Of a stretch of DNA of 36,335 nucleotides, positions 8,543-17,274 are shown one piece after another. This DNA is from an uncultured Prevotellaceae bacterium (GTDB lineage Bacteria; Bacteroidota; Bacteroidia; Bacteroidales; Bacteroidaceae). Both the position numbers and the translations under genes were made by a program. The notes under the pieces are model-generated. The model did not search any database, had not been told where the DNA came from, and saw only the letters and a list, made by a program, of their open reading frames with translations. Position 1 is the first letter of the stretch. Every line of letters starts with the position of its first letter. The DNA lies in the NCBI GenBank assembly GCA_900313845.1, contig OMTC01000001.1:1-36335 (forward strand), given 5' to 3'.

Positions 8543-11500
8543 TTAGAATGCAATAGTTGTACCTACAACGAATGTACGTGAACGAGGTGTACGCGAGTTA
8601 TCGGAAGCTGGTGAGAAACCACCTTGTGGATGCTCTGGATCCACACCTGAGTACTTCGTCAAGCAGAAGAGGTTGTTCAAGGTGAGGTAAATACTCAAGG
8701 AGTTGAGACCCCATTGCTTCAACTTTCGAGGATTGAGAGAGTAGGAAATCTGAGCATAGTTCAGACGGAGGAATGAAGCATCCTCCACGAAGCGGTCGGA
8801 GCCCAGATAGTTGAATGTGCGGAAGTTGGTTCTGTTGGTAGCAGCACGAGGGAGAATGTTCTCGAAGTTGTCACCTTCATTGTGCCAACGCCAGTTCACG
8901 GCACGGCTCTGGTTCTGGTTGGTTGCCATGTTCTCAAGACCCATACGAGCCTGGTTGATGACCTTCTGACCAACGCGGTAGTTGAACTGGAGGTTAATCA
9001 GCAAGCGATCATAATGGAATTTCACACCGAAACCACCCGTGAGCTTAGGAAGTGAAGAACCCAAATACACAATATCAAGTTCATTGATGTTACCATCGTG
9101 GTTCACGTCATCATACATGGCATCACCACCAACGAATTCATACTTGATGTTGTCGTAGTCGAAATACATTGGCTTTGGATTACCTGCTGCGTTGAGGATT
9201 ACCTCTCCATTTGCATTCTTGGCAACAGGAGAATTAGGACCGCTCACACCAGGGATTTCCTCTGCACTGTAGTCGGAGTACTGATAAACGCCCTTGTAAC
9301 GGAAACCATAGATGGCACCCAGAGGGTTGTGGAGCTGTACACGCGACAGGTAAGAACCGTTGTCGAAATTGAAGTCATTATTAATGGATTCCAGCACTGT
9401 TGGGTCCATAGAAAGGATTTCATTTCGGTTGTTGGCAAAGGTCAAGTTCATATCCATCCAGAACTTGCCGATCTTAATGATTTCATTACCATTGATATTG
9501 AATTCCCAACCGTTGTTTCGCATCGAACCAGCATTCTTGTTCGAAAGTGTGGTATAACCCGAAGAAGATGGAATACCATAATTTGGCATCAACAGGTTGG
9601 TGGTCTTCTGCGTATAGATGGAAAGGTCACCGTTGATTTTGTGGAAGAAACCGAAGTCGAAACCTAAGTTCCAAGTCTCCTTCTGTTCCCACTGGAGGGC
9701 AGACAAGCGGATGTTGGTTGGAATCATAGAACCTTCGCCCATATATCTTCCACCTTGTCCATACTTACTGTAGTGGAGCATTCCGCCTGGAGCATTACCT
9801 ACGATACCCCAACCTGGACGGATGGAAAGCATATCCACCCAAGTTGCCTTTTCCATGAATTTCTCATCGCTAATGTTCCAACGACCAGAAATACCAGGGA
9901 AGTTACCCCAACGTCTTTCAGGACCGAAGTTGGCATTACCGTCTCGACGAAGTGTAGCGTCGAAAATATACTTACCCTTGTATGCGTAGTGCAACTGGAA
10001 CAAGAAGTTCATGCTCTTCGACTCACCTGCACCTGTAGAGAAGCCTGTGATGTATCCACCACCGAGGGCAGAAGTAATATCACTGGTAGGGAGCCAAGTA
10101 GATGAATAGTTCTGGTCGCTCGAATTGCTCGAATTGTACTGCATACGAGCCATCATCATCACTGAATGGTTTTCATTGTTGAAATGAGGAACGAAAGTGA
10201 GAGAGTGACGAGTGGATATGGAGTTACCCTTCGAAGAGCTGGTCGAAGCATTGTTGTATTTCGATTCAGACCAGTTGGACGACAACAACTCTCCAGGATA
10301 GAAGGATTCGCTGTTGTGGCTTGAGATATTGAAATAAACCTGTCCCTCGTAATCCAACCTGTGTCCTCCATCCTCAGTGTTCAAAAGCTTGTAATTGAGA
10401 ATGAATTCAGGCGACAGGTTCATATCCCTTGAGTCGCTCTTGGCAAGATGAGCGGAAGCGACTGGGTTCACGAGGTCGTACTGGTCTTTCAACAAACTAC
10501 TCTGAGCAGCAACAGGAGAATCTATATAGCGATTCATCGTGTAGAATCGGTCTGTGTCATTTCCATTGGCATCTTCCTCATAAATGGAAAGGTTAGGCAT
10601 CTTCTGGTAAGCAATACCCAAAAGACCATCGGCGTTTCTCTTGTTCATCGTATAGGTGAAGTTGAAGTTGGTTTTCACCGAGATACGATTACTTACAAAA
10701 TAGTCGAGAGCCACACGAGTGGTGAAACGATCCAGGTGTTGCTTGATGATGGAACCCTTCTGGGTATCATAACCTGCAGAGATACGGAATTGTGCCTTTG
10801 AACCACCACCTTGGAGGGAAACGAAATGCTGCTGATAAGCACCGAACTGCTTCACAGCCTTCTCCCAATCGGTGTTGTCATTAAACATATTATATTCGGT
10901 GAAGTCTCTGTCGTAGTTGATTTCAGGAATATAATCAGAATTGCCCTTCGAGCCATATCTTGAATTCAACTCAGGGTTGAAGTATGCCTCCTTCAGATAC
11001 ATGGTGTAGTCATCACCATTGAGGAGCTTATAGCCTTCTGGCTGCCATGTACCCGTGAAACGGAAGGTGTATTGAACCCTTGTCTTACCTCTCGAACCAC
11101 GCTTGGTCTTGATTTCGATAACACCGTTGGCACCTTGAGAACCCCAAACAGCAGTACCGGCTGCATCCTTGAGAACCGTGATGCTCTCAATATCCTCAGG
11201 GTTCACAGCCAAGAGTTCTGCAAACTTTTCCTCGTTGGCGTTCGTATAGTCGAAGTTGGCATCGTAAAGGTCCTCACGCAAAGGGTTACCATTCACAACA
11301 ATCAGAGGGTTTGCGTTACCGTAGATGGTACTCACACCACGAAGACGCATGGTTGTACCGGCACCGAGGTTACCTGAGTTCGACACAATATCGAGACCCG
11401 AGATACGTCCCTGCAAAGCCTCATCGACGGAAGTCATACCGAGGTTCTCGAATTCCTTCATATCGATAGTCTGAGATGCCACGGAAATTTCAGTCACTGG

Positions 11501-11872
11501 AATCTGCAAACCTGTGGTCTGAGACTTCTTCACAGCCTTCACAACAACCTCCTGAATCTGAGTGGTACTCTTCATTCGGATGTTGAAATGCTTCTGGTTG
11601 ATAGGGAGAGTCACCGTCTGGTAACCAATGTAGGAAACCTGAATACGGTCCTTGGGATTATGAATCTTGAAAGAGAAGTTACCGTTAATATCGGTAACGC
11701 CATGAGCAACAATACGACGGTTGTTGTCGATCTCAATGACATTCGCCATCATCAGAGGCTCTATATCATCCGACACGGTACCCGAAATAATGTCGCCCGC
11801 TTTAGGTGCCTGTGCCATCGACAAGGAGCAGAAGCACACAAAGAGCATGAGCAATGATATGATTTTTTTCAT
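8543..11872 (-). CDS. SusC/RagA-family TonB-dependent outer-membrane transporter (1109 aa)
   Basis: Signal peptide MKKIISLLMLFVCFCSLSMAQA, followed at once by a carboxypeptidase-regulatory-like domain (ISGTVSDD..GNFSFKI..VSYIGY). Plug motifs are LQGRISGLDIV..MRLRGVSTI and ESITVLKDAAGTAVWGSQGANGVIEIKTKRG. The protein ends in a barrel-terminal ..VVGTTIAF. There is no N-terminal STN/anti-sigma signalling extension. Confidence 0.93.
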   Translation of the reverse strand: MKKIISLLMLFVCFCSLSMAQAPKAGDIISGTVSDDIEPLMMANVIEIDNNRRIVAHGVTDINGNFSFKIHNPKDRIQVSYIGYQTVTLPINQKHFNIRMKSTTQIQEVVVKAVKKSQTTGLQIPVTEISVASQTIDMKEFENLGMTSVDEALQGRISGLDIVSNSGNLGAGTTMRLRGVSTIYGNANPLIVVNGNPLREDLYDANFDYTNANEEKFAELLAVNPEDIESITVLKDAAGTAVWGSQGANGVIEIKTKRGSRGKTRVQYTFRFTGTWQPEGYKLLNGDDYTMYLKEAYFNPELNSRYGSKGNSDYIPEINYDRDFTEYNMFNDNTDWEKAVKQFGAYQQHFVSLQGGGSKAQFRISAGYDTQKGSIIKQHLDRFTTRVALDYFVSNRISVKTNFNFTYTMNKRNADGLLGIAYQKMPNLSIYEEDANGNDTDRFYTMNRYIDSPVAAQSSLLKDQYDLVNPVASAHLAKSDSRDMNLSPEFILNYKLLNTEDGGHRLDYEGQVYFNISSHNSESFYPGELLSSNWSESKYNNASTSSSKGNSISTRHSLTFVPHFNNENHSVMMMARMQYNSSNSSDQNYSSTWLPTSDITSALGGGYITGFSTGAGESKSMNFLFQLHYAYKGKYIFDATLRRDGNANFGPERRWGNFPGISGRWNISDEKFMEKATWVDMLSIRPGWGIVGNAPGGMLHYSKYGQGGRYMGEGSMIPTNIRLSALQWEQKETWNLGFDFGFFHKINGDLSIYTQKTTNLLMPNYGIPSSSGYTTLSNKNAGSMRNNGWEFNINGNEIIKIGKFWMDMNLTFANNRNEILSMDPTVLESINNDFNFDNGSYLSRVQLHNPLGAIYGFRYKGVYQYSDYSAEEIPGVSGPNSPVAKNANGEVILNAAGNPKPMYFDYDNIKYEFVGGDAMYDDVNHDGNINELDIVYLGSSLPKLTGGFGVKFHYDRLLINLQFNYRVGQKVINQARMGLENMATNQNQSRAVNWRWHNEGDNFENILPRAATNRTNFRTFNYLGSDRFVEDASFLRLNYAQISYSLNPRKLKQWGLNSLSIYLTLNNLFCLTKYSGVDPEHPQGGFSPASDNSRTPRSRTFVVGTTIAF

Positions 11873-11881
11873 GGGATGAAA

Positions 11882-14650
11882 TTATTTACGCTGTTTAACA
11901 CTTTCCTCTGCAACTACCTTGTGAGGTACATAGATGAACTGGTCCTTACTGTAAAGAAGAGGACTGTCAATGGCGTGAACAACAACGGTAGAAGAGTTCT
12001 CTATGGTAGTAGCACTCTCAACCTTTGTTCCGTTCAGCCAGTATTCGCGGCCCTGAATGTTGTAAAGACCGGTACTCATATCCACTTTCACCGTATTACC
12101 CATAGCATCCAACAAGGAGATACCACTTGGATCCACCGAAGTAACAGTGATACGATAAGGAGCACCAGCAGTCACTTCATACAAACTGTCTGCCGTTACC
12201 ACCTTGGCACCTGTAGTTTCGTCAATCACATAATCAAATCGGGTCTTTTGCGATTCATAAACTGATGGTTCGAAACCATTATCCACAAAAATGGAGTTAC
12301 TCTGAATGTGATACTTGATGAAGTCACGCTGAATGGACTTTACATGCTCGGCAGAATCCGTTGGATGATCCAAAGAATCCTGGATGGCGTCATATCTTTC
12401 AGCAAGAGCCAAATCCTCGTTCGAAGGAAGACCTGCAGCGTATGCCTTCTGCATGGCATCGTTAGTAGGAGCATAAACCGTGTAGTGGTGAGCATTCAAG
12501 AGTGAATAAGTCTTTGGTTTGCCATCCGAACCAATAGAGGTGGAAACCAAGTTACCTCTGATGCTGACGTCCTTGTTCTGAGAAGCAGAGCAATAGCCAT
12601 CGGTGTTCGTGTTAGCGATAGAACCAGAGTTCACCAACATCTCGTAGAACTCACTGAATTCTGGATGCTCAGCAAGAATGTCCGAAGTGGCCTTGCGAGT
12701 GCTGTTGATAACACCATCCACCACGTAAGCCTTACCATTCTCCATGTTGAACACCTCGCGAACATTGATAGGAGCATTCACTTCTGTTTGGTAAGAACCA
12801 GCCACACTCATTTGACCAGGCATGTCGAGTTTGCCATCCACCTTCACGAAACTCTTACCCTTCGTGAGATAATAACTCTTTCCTGGTACGGTTCCTTCGA
12901 TACCGATGATGTTATCGAGAATATCCTGCAAACGGTTGTTAATCTGAGCGTTGCCCGTACCACCTGTAATCCTGCGGAGAGAGTTTGCAGGAACGATAGT
13001 ACCATCTTCATTGACCGTACATGCATAGACATCCACATAAATGCGCTGGTTAGAAGCCTTCGTTGGGTCGAAATGGAACTCCCAGAGCTCGGTTGTCTGC
13101 TTGCCGAATGAAACAGGGTCAACATAGTAGAGAAGACCCTCATTCGTTGGAATGAAGAAAGAATATCTGGAAACCATAGAGTTGAGGTAAGCACCATACT
13201 CCAAGTTGTCGATTGCATTCTTAATGATGTTCAGATTATCCGTGTCAATCACAGCAGGGAAAAGAACCGAAGAATAAGAAGCTGGAGCAAACACCTTCTT
13301 CGTCAGATAAACCACACCATTACATCCAAGCGTAACGTTCTTCACATCGTTTAATGTCACACCCATTTTCAGGTTGGCATCATTCAAGATGGCATCGAAC
13401 TTACTTGGTACACTGGCAACAAGCGAATTGAGCATGTTCACGTTGATCAACTCAGCAAGCACTGAGTTAGGAGTGTTTTCAATCGTACCATATTGAGCCT
13501 TGATAACGTTTCCACCACCGTTCTCCCACCATTCACGAACAGCAGAGTCGGTTGGAACCATCATCACACCCATATCCTCCATCAAAGGAGTACGGTTGTT
13601 GAACACCTCTGGAACAAATGTGTTCCATCCTGGGTCATATTTCAAAGAAGCGTCAAATACCTGTCCGTCCTTGTCGGTAGTAAATGGTCTGCGCGAATTC
13701 CTGTCAATACCCGAACCCCAAGAACGCTCTGAAAAATAGCGCTTTACGTAAACTGAGTCCACCTGAGTGCCCTTGTTCACGTTATAAGCAGAGGTCAGCA
13801 TCGAAGAATCCTTAGGAGCAGCAAATCTTTCGATAATGCTACTGAAGATAGACATCTCGCCATTCTTACGGATAATTTCAGCCATGTTGTCGAGAGGAGT
13901 AATCACTCTGTCAACCTCATGCACAAATCCGTTCTTACAGAACTGGCTGTTCAGAATCTTCGCACGATTCACATAAGTGTCGTCAGTTCCACGAGTACCT
14001 GCTGGGTCGTTGTAGAGGAAGTCGATGTCACTGCTCTGCAACTTGTTGGCAACGATGAACTTAGGAGTGAAGTGAATCATTGGACTTGCACCCGAAGCAT
14101 CCTTGAAAAGAACGATTTCAGGATGAGTGGACTGCAAGATGGTCCAACGCTCGTTCTTTGGCAGTTCGTCTGAAGTTGTGCTCACCACCTGAACTGAGTC
14201 GAAGATGGACTGAGAAGAAACACGGCGGCAAACCTCACCACGAACAGGACCTTCAGCCGTTGACAACATACTTGTTGGATAAGGGTTGTCAATCATGGCA
14301 GAATAAAGCAGGAGTTTCTTCTGAGCCAGCGAAAGGTCAGCGTACTTGCCTACCCCCCAATCGTTAGAAGCAAAAAACTTTGCAAAAGCATTGTCATCTG
14401 CGATGAAAAGGGTTTTACTACCAGTCTTGGAAAGAACCTCTGCCTCTCCAAGGTCATTAATCAATTGTAGGAAATTCGTATAAGTTCCCTTCTCCTGCAT
14501 ATACCCATAGATGGTGTTCAGACCCGAAGGCTGATCCTCATCGAGGTTGTACGCGTCGGTACAAGAGAATGCTGCGAAACCCACAAGACATACAACGCCT
14601 CCTACCAGGAGGTGTTTACATAGTTTTTTCCTTTTTGAGTTGTACAACAT
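11882..14650 (-). CDS. Lipoprotein made of four FAS1 (fasciclin)-like repeats (922 aa); first gene of the Sus-like operon
   Basis: Lipobox ..LVGFAAFSC at aa 30. There are four modules, each with H1-like and H2-like FAS1 motifs. The modules are TLFIADDNAF...KNGFVHEVDRVITPL, MVPTDSAV...CNGVVYLTKKVFAP, SFFIPTNEGL...NGKAYVVDGVINS and YTVYAPTNDAM..IKYHIQ...STVVVHAIDSPLLY. The stop lies only 9 nt before the SusC start. Confidence 0.85.
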   Translation of the reverse strand: MLYNSKRKKLCKHLLVGGVVCLVGFAAFSCTDAYNLDEDQPSGLNTIYGYMQEKGTYTNFLQLINDLGEAEVLSKTGSKTLFIADDNAFAKFFASNDWGVGKYADLSLAQKKLLLYSAMIDNPYPTSMLSTAEGPVRGEVCRRVSSQSIFDSVQVVSTTSDELPKNERWTILQSTHPEIVLFKDASGASPMIHFTPKFIVANKLQSSDIDFLYNDPAGTRGTDDTYVNRAKILNSQFCKNGFVHEVDRVITPLDNMAEIIRKNGEMSIFSSIIERFAAPKDSSMLTSAYNVNKGTQVDSVYVKRYFSERSWGSGIDRNSRRPFTTDKDGQVFDASLKYDPGWNTFVPEVFNNRTPLMEDMGVMMVPTDSAVREWWENGGGNVIKAQYGTIENTPNSVLAELINVNMLNSLVASVPSKFDAILNDANLKMGVTLNDVKNVTLGCNGVVYLTKKVFAPASYSSVLFPAVIDTDNLNIIKNAIDNLEYGAYLNSMVSRYSFFIPTNEGLLYYVDPVSFGKQTTELWEFHFDPTKASNQRIYVDVYACTVNEDGTIVPANSLRRITGGTGNAQINNRLQDILDNIIGIEGTVPGKSYYLTKGKSFVKVDGKLDMPGQMSVAGSYQTEVNAPINVREVFNMENGKAYVVDGVINSTRKATSDILAEHPEFSEFYEMLVNSGSIANTNTDGYCSASQNKDVSIRGNLVSTSIGSDGKPKTYSLLNAHHYTVYAPTNDAMQKAYAAGLPSNEDLALAERYDAIQDSLDHPTDSAEHVKSIQRDFIKYHIQSNSIFVDNGFEPSVYESQKTRFDYVIDETTGAKVVTADSLYEVTAGAPYRITVTSVDPSGISLLDAMGNTVKVDMSTGLYNIQGREYWLNGTKVESATTIENSSTVVVHAIDSPLLYSKDQFIYVPHKVVAEESVKQRK

Positions 14651-14935
14651 AAATATTAGAATAGATGATTATATAATTGATTTCACGTCTAAAGGGGTTA
14701 ATTGGATAAGTTGATACTCCTCCCTACTATGCATTAGTGTCTTCTGTTAGGTGGTTACATCCCATGTGTTTTCTTTCCGCATGATTTCCATGCCTTCTTG
14801 ACTCTGTCCTCTTGCCAAATGGTAACGTTAGTTAGAATTCAAAAAGAAACCATGCAATGACGTCAGCACTTGCCGACCTTTCTCTTGTAGTGTCACGCGC
14901 CCGTGAACACCAAAGACACTGCTGCAAATTCCGTG

Positions 14936-14967
14936 CAAAGTAAGCAATTTTCTCATAATAAAACAAA
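14936..14967 (-). promoter_or_regulatory. Candidate Bacteroidetes sigma-A-type promoter for the FAS1/Sus operon
   Basis: The minus strand reads TTTG, then 20 nt, then TTACTTTG. That is a perfect -33 TTTG plus a -7 box matching TAnnTTTG at 5 of its 6 fixed positions (T replaces the A). The implied 5' leader before the ATG at 14650 is about 280 nt. This is motif evidence only. Confidence 0.3.
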
Positions 14968-15069
14968 TTTTAAGATTAATCTTTTCGAGATTGGTTGATT
15001 TTTAACAAAATCCGATTCTATTTTTGCATTTTTTGCCATTATTAACGGTATGCGAATCCAACGAGCATG

Positions 15070-15099
15070 AAAAAAGCCTCCTTTTTTAGGGGAGGCTTT
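15070..15099 (-). terminator. Rho-independent terminator of the CotH-family gene
   Basis: It begins 10 nt past the stop codon. On the minus strand the arms AAAGCCTCC and GGAGGCTTT (perfect 9 bp, GC-rich core) flank a 9-nt loop, and the stem runs into a TTTTTT tract. Confidence 0.6.
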
Positions 15100-15109
15100 G
15101 TGATAATCG

Positions 15110-17059
15110 TTACCATTGTATGTGGAACGTAACGACGATATTTACTAACTTGAGTGTGCCACTGTCGTTGTATTGATACTGCATGGTGACAGTGTGATTC
15201 CCATCCCAAGGAGAGCAGTTGTTGGGGTGACATCCGTAATTCCATCTGTAGAGATTATTGGACTCTATGTAAACATGACCGTTTCCCCAACTGTTGGTGT
15301 CGCCATTTTCATCGAACCACGCTCCATAGGTGCCTGCCGCAGTATTGTTACCTTCGCTTCCATCGGAATTGAGAGGCACGAGTTCCATCCGATAATCATT
15401 AATGTTTTCCACGTCAAGCAATGCAGCGAGTTCATTCTTGTCTATCTGGATATTGCCACTCTGGGAATAGCCTGACCAAAATTCCACATTGACAGTTTTC
15501 TCCATCGTTCCCATCATCTTGGTTCCTGTGATTTCTCCATCCCCTCCTTCTTCAGGAACAGGATAGGAGGCAACGATTTCGTTCAAGTAGGCAAGTCGGT
15601 TTTGCAACCAATTGCGCAGTTTTTGGGTCTCGGTGGCAGCACTGAACCTGCGTATCTTCCAGCGTGCCTCTTCTCTCACTTGTGGGGATGTGTAGGCAGT
15701 TCCACCTCCGTCGGTCCGTTTCGTCTGGAGTTCGTTCAAACCATCTACATACTGCTGGGTTTCAGCCCAATTGCGGATGAAGAGGGAGTCCTTGATTTGG
15801 TCCCATCGCTCTTTGTACTGGCGCATGAATTGAGCATTGCCGAACATGTCGGTGAAAAACTTGGGAATACGATAGTTGCCATTCTGACGATAGGGGTCGG
15901 AACCGAAGAGGGTTTCTGTATAACTGGTGAAGAAGGTGTGTCCCGTGTACATATCGCTCCAATCGAAATCAAAACCTGCATCCCAGTCCCACGCAGGACC
16001 AAAGGTGTATTTGCCGCCCTTGTCGCGGTAGAGATAAATGCTGCGCGGAGCCGCCAATTCCACATTGTAGAGGTATTCCTGCAACTGGTCCATGGCGATG
16101 TAGGAAGGAATGTCCATGAGGGAATCGACCAAGGCATAGTTCTTCGACTTGATGGCGTTTTCCAATTCGGCGAAGTCTGCCTTGATTTGCTTGAGTTGAG
16201 CACTGGTCACGTCCTTGGGGTATTTCACTGCCATAGGCATGTTATAGACGCTGGTGTAGAAATTGTCGCCTGAATTGGGACTTTCTGCGGGACCATCATC
16301 CACATCAAGAGTGAGCAGCACGCCTTCGTCCGTGTCGATGTCAACGCGATTGCCTGCCACTTCCACTTGCTCAGCAATCTGATAGACGCCGATATACTCG
16401 CCATTGAGGAAAACCTCAGCAAAACGGACGGGCGTGGTGAACGGGATGCCCATCCACGTAGCGGTGATGGAACCAAAGACATTCATCATGTCGGTCATAT
16501 CCCGATAATTGGCAAGGAGCACCCAGTCACGGTTCTTTTCGATGCCTAACACCTTGGAACTGGTGTCGAACTTGATGCGGTAAGGCTTCTTATCATACCA
16601 CAACCAAGTGGAATTGCCTCGACCTCGTATCTTTCCGGGACGGGAATTGAACTGGTACTCCCCTCGCCCATCGATGGACACGTAGCAACGCACGTAGTCC
16701 TCCTTGGAGGTGATTTCCACTCCATCCTCAGTCGTGATATACATGGCAAAGACCTTGCACTTGTCGTGTGTCTTGGTGGTGAGACTGTCAGAGAAGGTGA
16801 TGCTGTCAATGGATGCACTATAGTTGGAATTCTTTTCCAAGGCGAAAGGAATCACATATCGAGGGTTGTCGCTTCGATGCATCTGGAAGGTGGTGGAGTC
16901 GGCATCGAAATCGAAATGGGAAAAGTCGGGAAGGCTGTAAGGAAATGCCCATTCATAGCCATCGTAATTGACATGCACATGCATCCAATCCTGTGCCCAG
17001 GACGAGGAGATTCCGATGGTGGAAAACAAAAGCAATAGAGTGAAAAGAGAACGATTCAT
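15110..17059 (-). CDS. Secreted CotH-kinase-family protein (649 aa) with an extra C-terminal module of about 135 aa
   Basis: Sec signal MNRSLFTLLLLFSTIGISSSWAQD with no lipobox Cys. CotH-family signatures: GKIRGRGNSTWLWYDKKPYRIKF, KNRDWVLLANYRDMTDMMN, VRFAEVFLNGEYIGVYQIAEQVEV and YTFGPAWDWDAGFDF. I could not assign the C-terminal module (aa ~515-649, ..GAWFDENGDTNSWGNGHVYIES..) by eye. Confidence 0.85.
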   Translation of the reverse strand: MNRSLFTLLLLFSTIGISSSWAQDWMHVHVNYDGYEWAFPYSLPDFSHFDFDADSTTFQMHRSDNPRYVIPFALEKNSNYSASIDSITFSDSLTTKTHDKCKVFAMYITTEDGVEITSKEDYVRCYVSIDGRGEYQFNSRPGKIRGRGNSTWLWYDKKPYRIKFDTSSKVLGIEKNRDWVLLANYRDMTDMMNVFGSITATWMGIPFTTPVRFAEVFLNGEYIGVYQIAEQVEVAGNRVDIDTDEGVLLTLDVDDGPAESPNSGDNFYTSVYNMPMAVKYPKDVTSAQLKQIKADFAELENAIKSKNYALVDSLMDIPSYIAMDQLQEYLYNVELAAPRSIYLYRDKGGKYTFGPAWDWDAGFDFDWSDMYTGHTFFTSYTETLFGSDPYRQNGNYRIPKFFTDMFGNAQFMRQYKERWDQIKDSLFIRNWAETQQYVDGLNELQTKRTDGGGTAYTSPQVREEARWKIRRFSAATETQKLRNWLQNRLAYLNEIVASYPVPEEGGDGEITGTKMMGTMEKTVNVEFWSGYSQSGNIQIDKNELAALLDVENINDYRMELVPLNSDGSEGNNTAAGTYGAWFDENGDTNSWGNGHVYIESNNLYRWNYGCHPNNCSPWDGNHTVTMQYQYNDSGTLKLVNIVVTFHIQW

Positions 17060-17152
17060 CGTAAATAAATGGCGTGTTAGATAGTCGAATTATAATCAGT
17101 TAATGGTTGGTGCGATGTAGCTTCAACAGAAGCACATTCTTACAATCGCCTG

Positions 17153-17160
17153 CAAATCTA
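17153..17160 (-). promoter_or_regulatory. Candidate -7 promoter box for the CotH-family gene
   Basis: The minus strand reads TAGATTTG, a perfect TAnnTTTG Bacteroidetes -7 motif, about 95 nt upstream of the ATG at 17059. The -33 element is weak (TTTC with a short spacer). Confidence 0.3.
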
Positions 17161-17274
17161 CAAAAAAACCATGAAAGAAAGGAATTATTATGAATTTATG
17201 TTGCGTTGGAGGTGTATATTTGACCCTTAAGTCGAATTTAGGGAACACGAAAGTTCGAGATTACTCCTTCGATT

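Noticed and set aside
17171-17230. 19-codon plus-strand mini-ORF (MKERNYYEFMLRWRCIFDP) in the CotH upstream region
   Set aside because: It is too short, has no supporting signal or conservation evidence, and overlaps the likely CotH promoter region.
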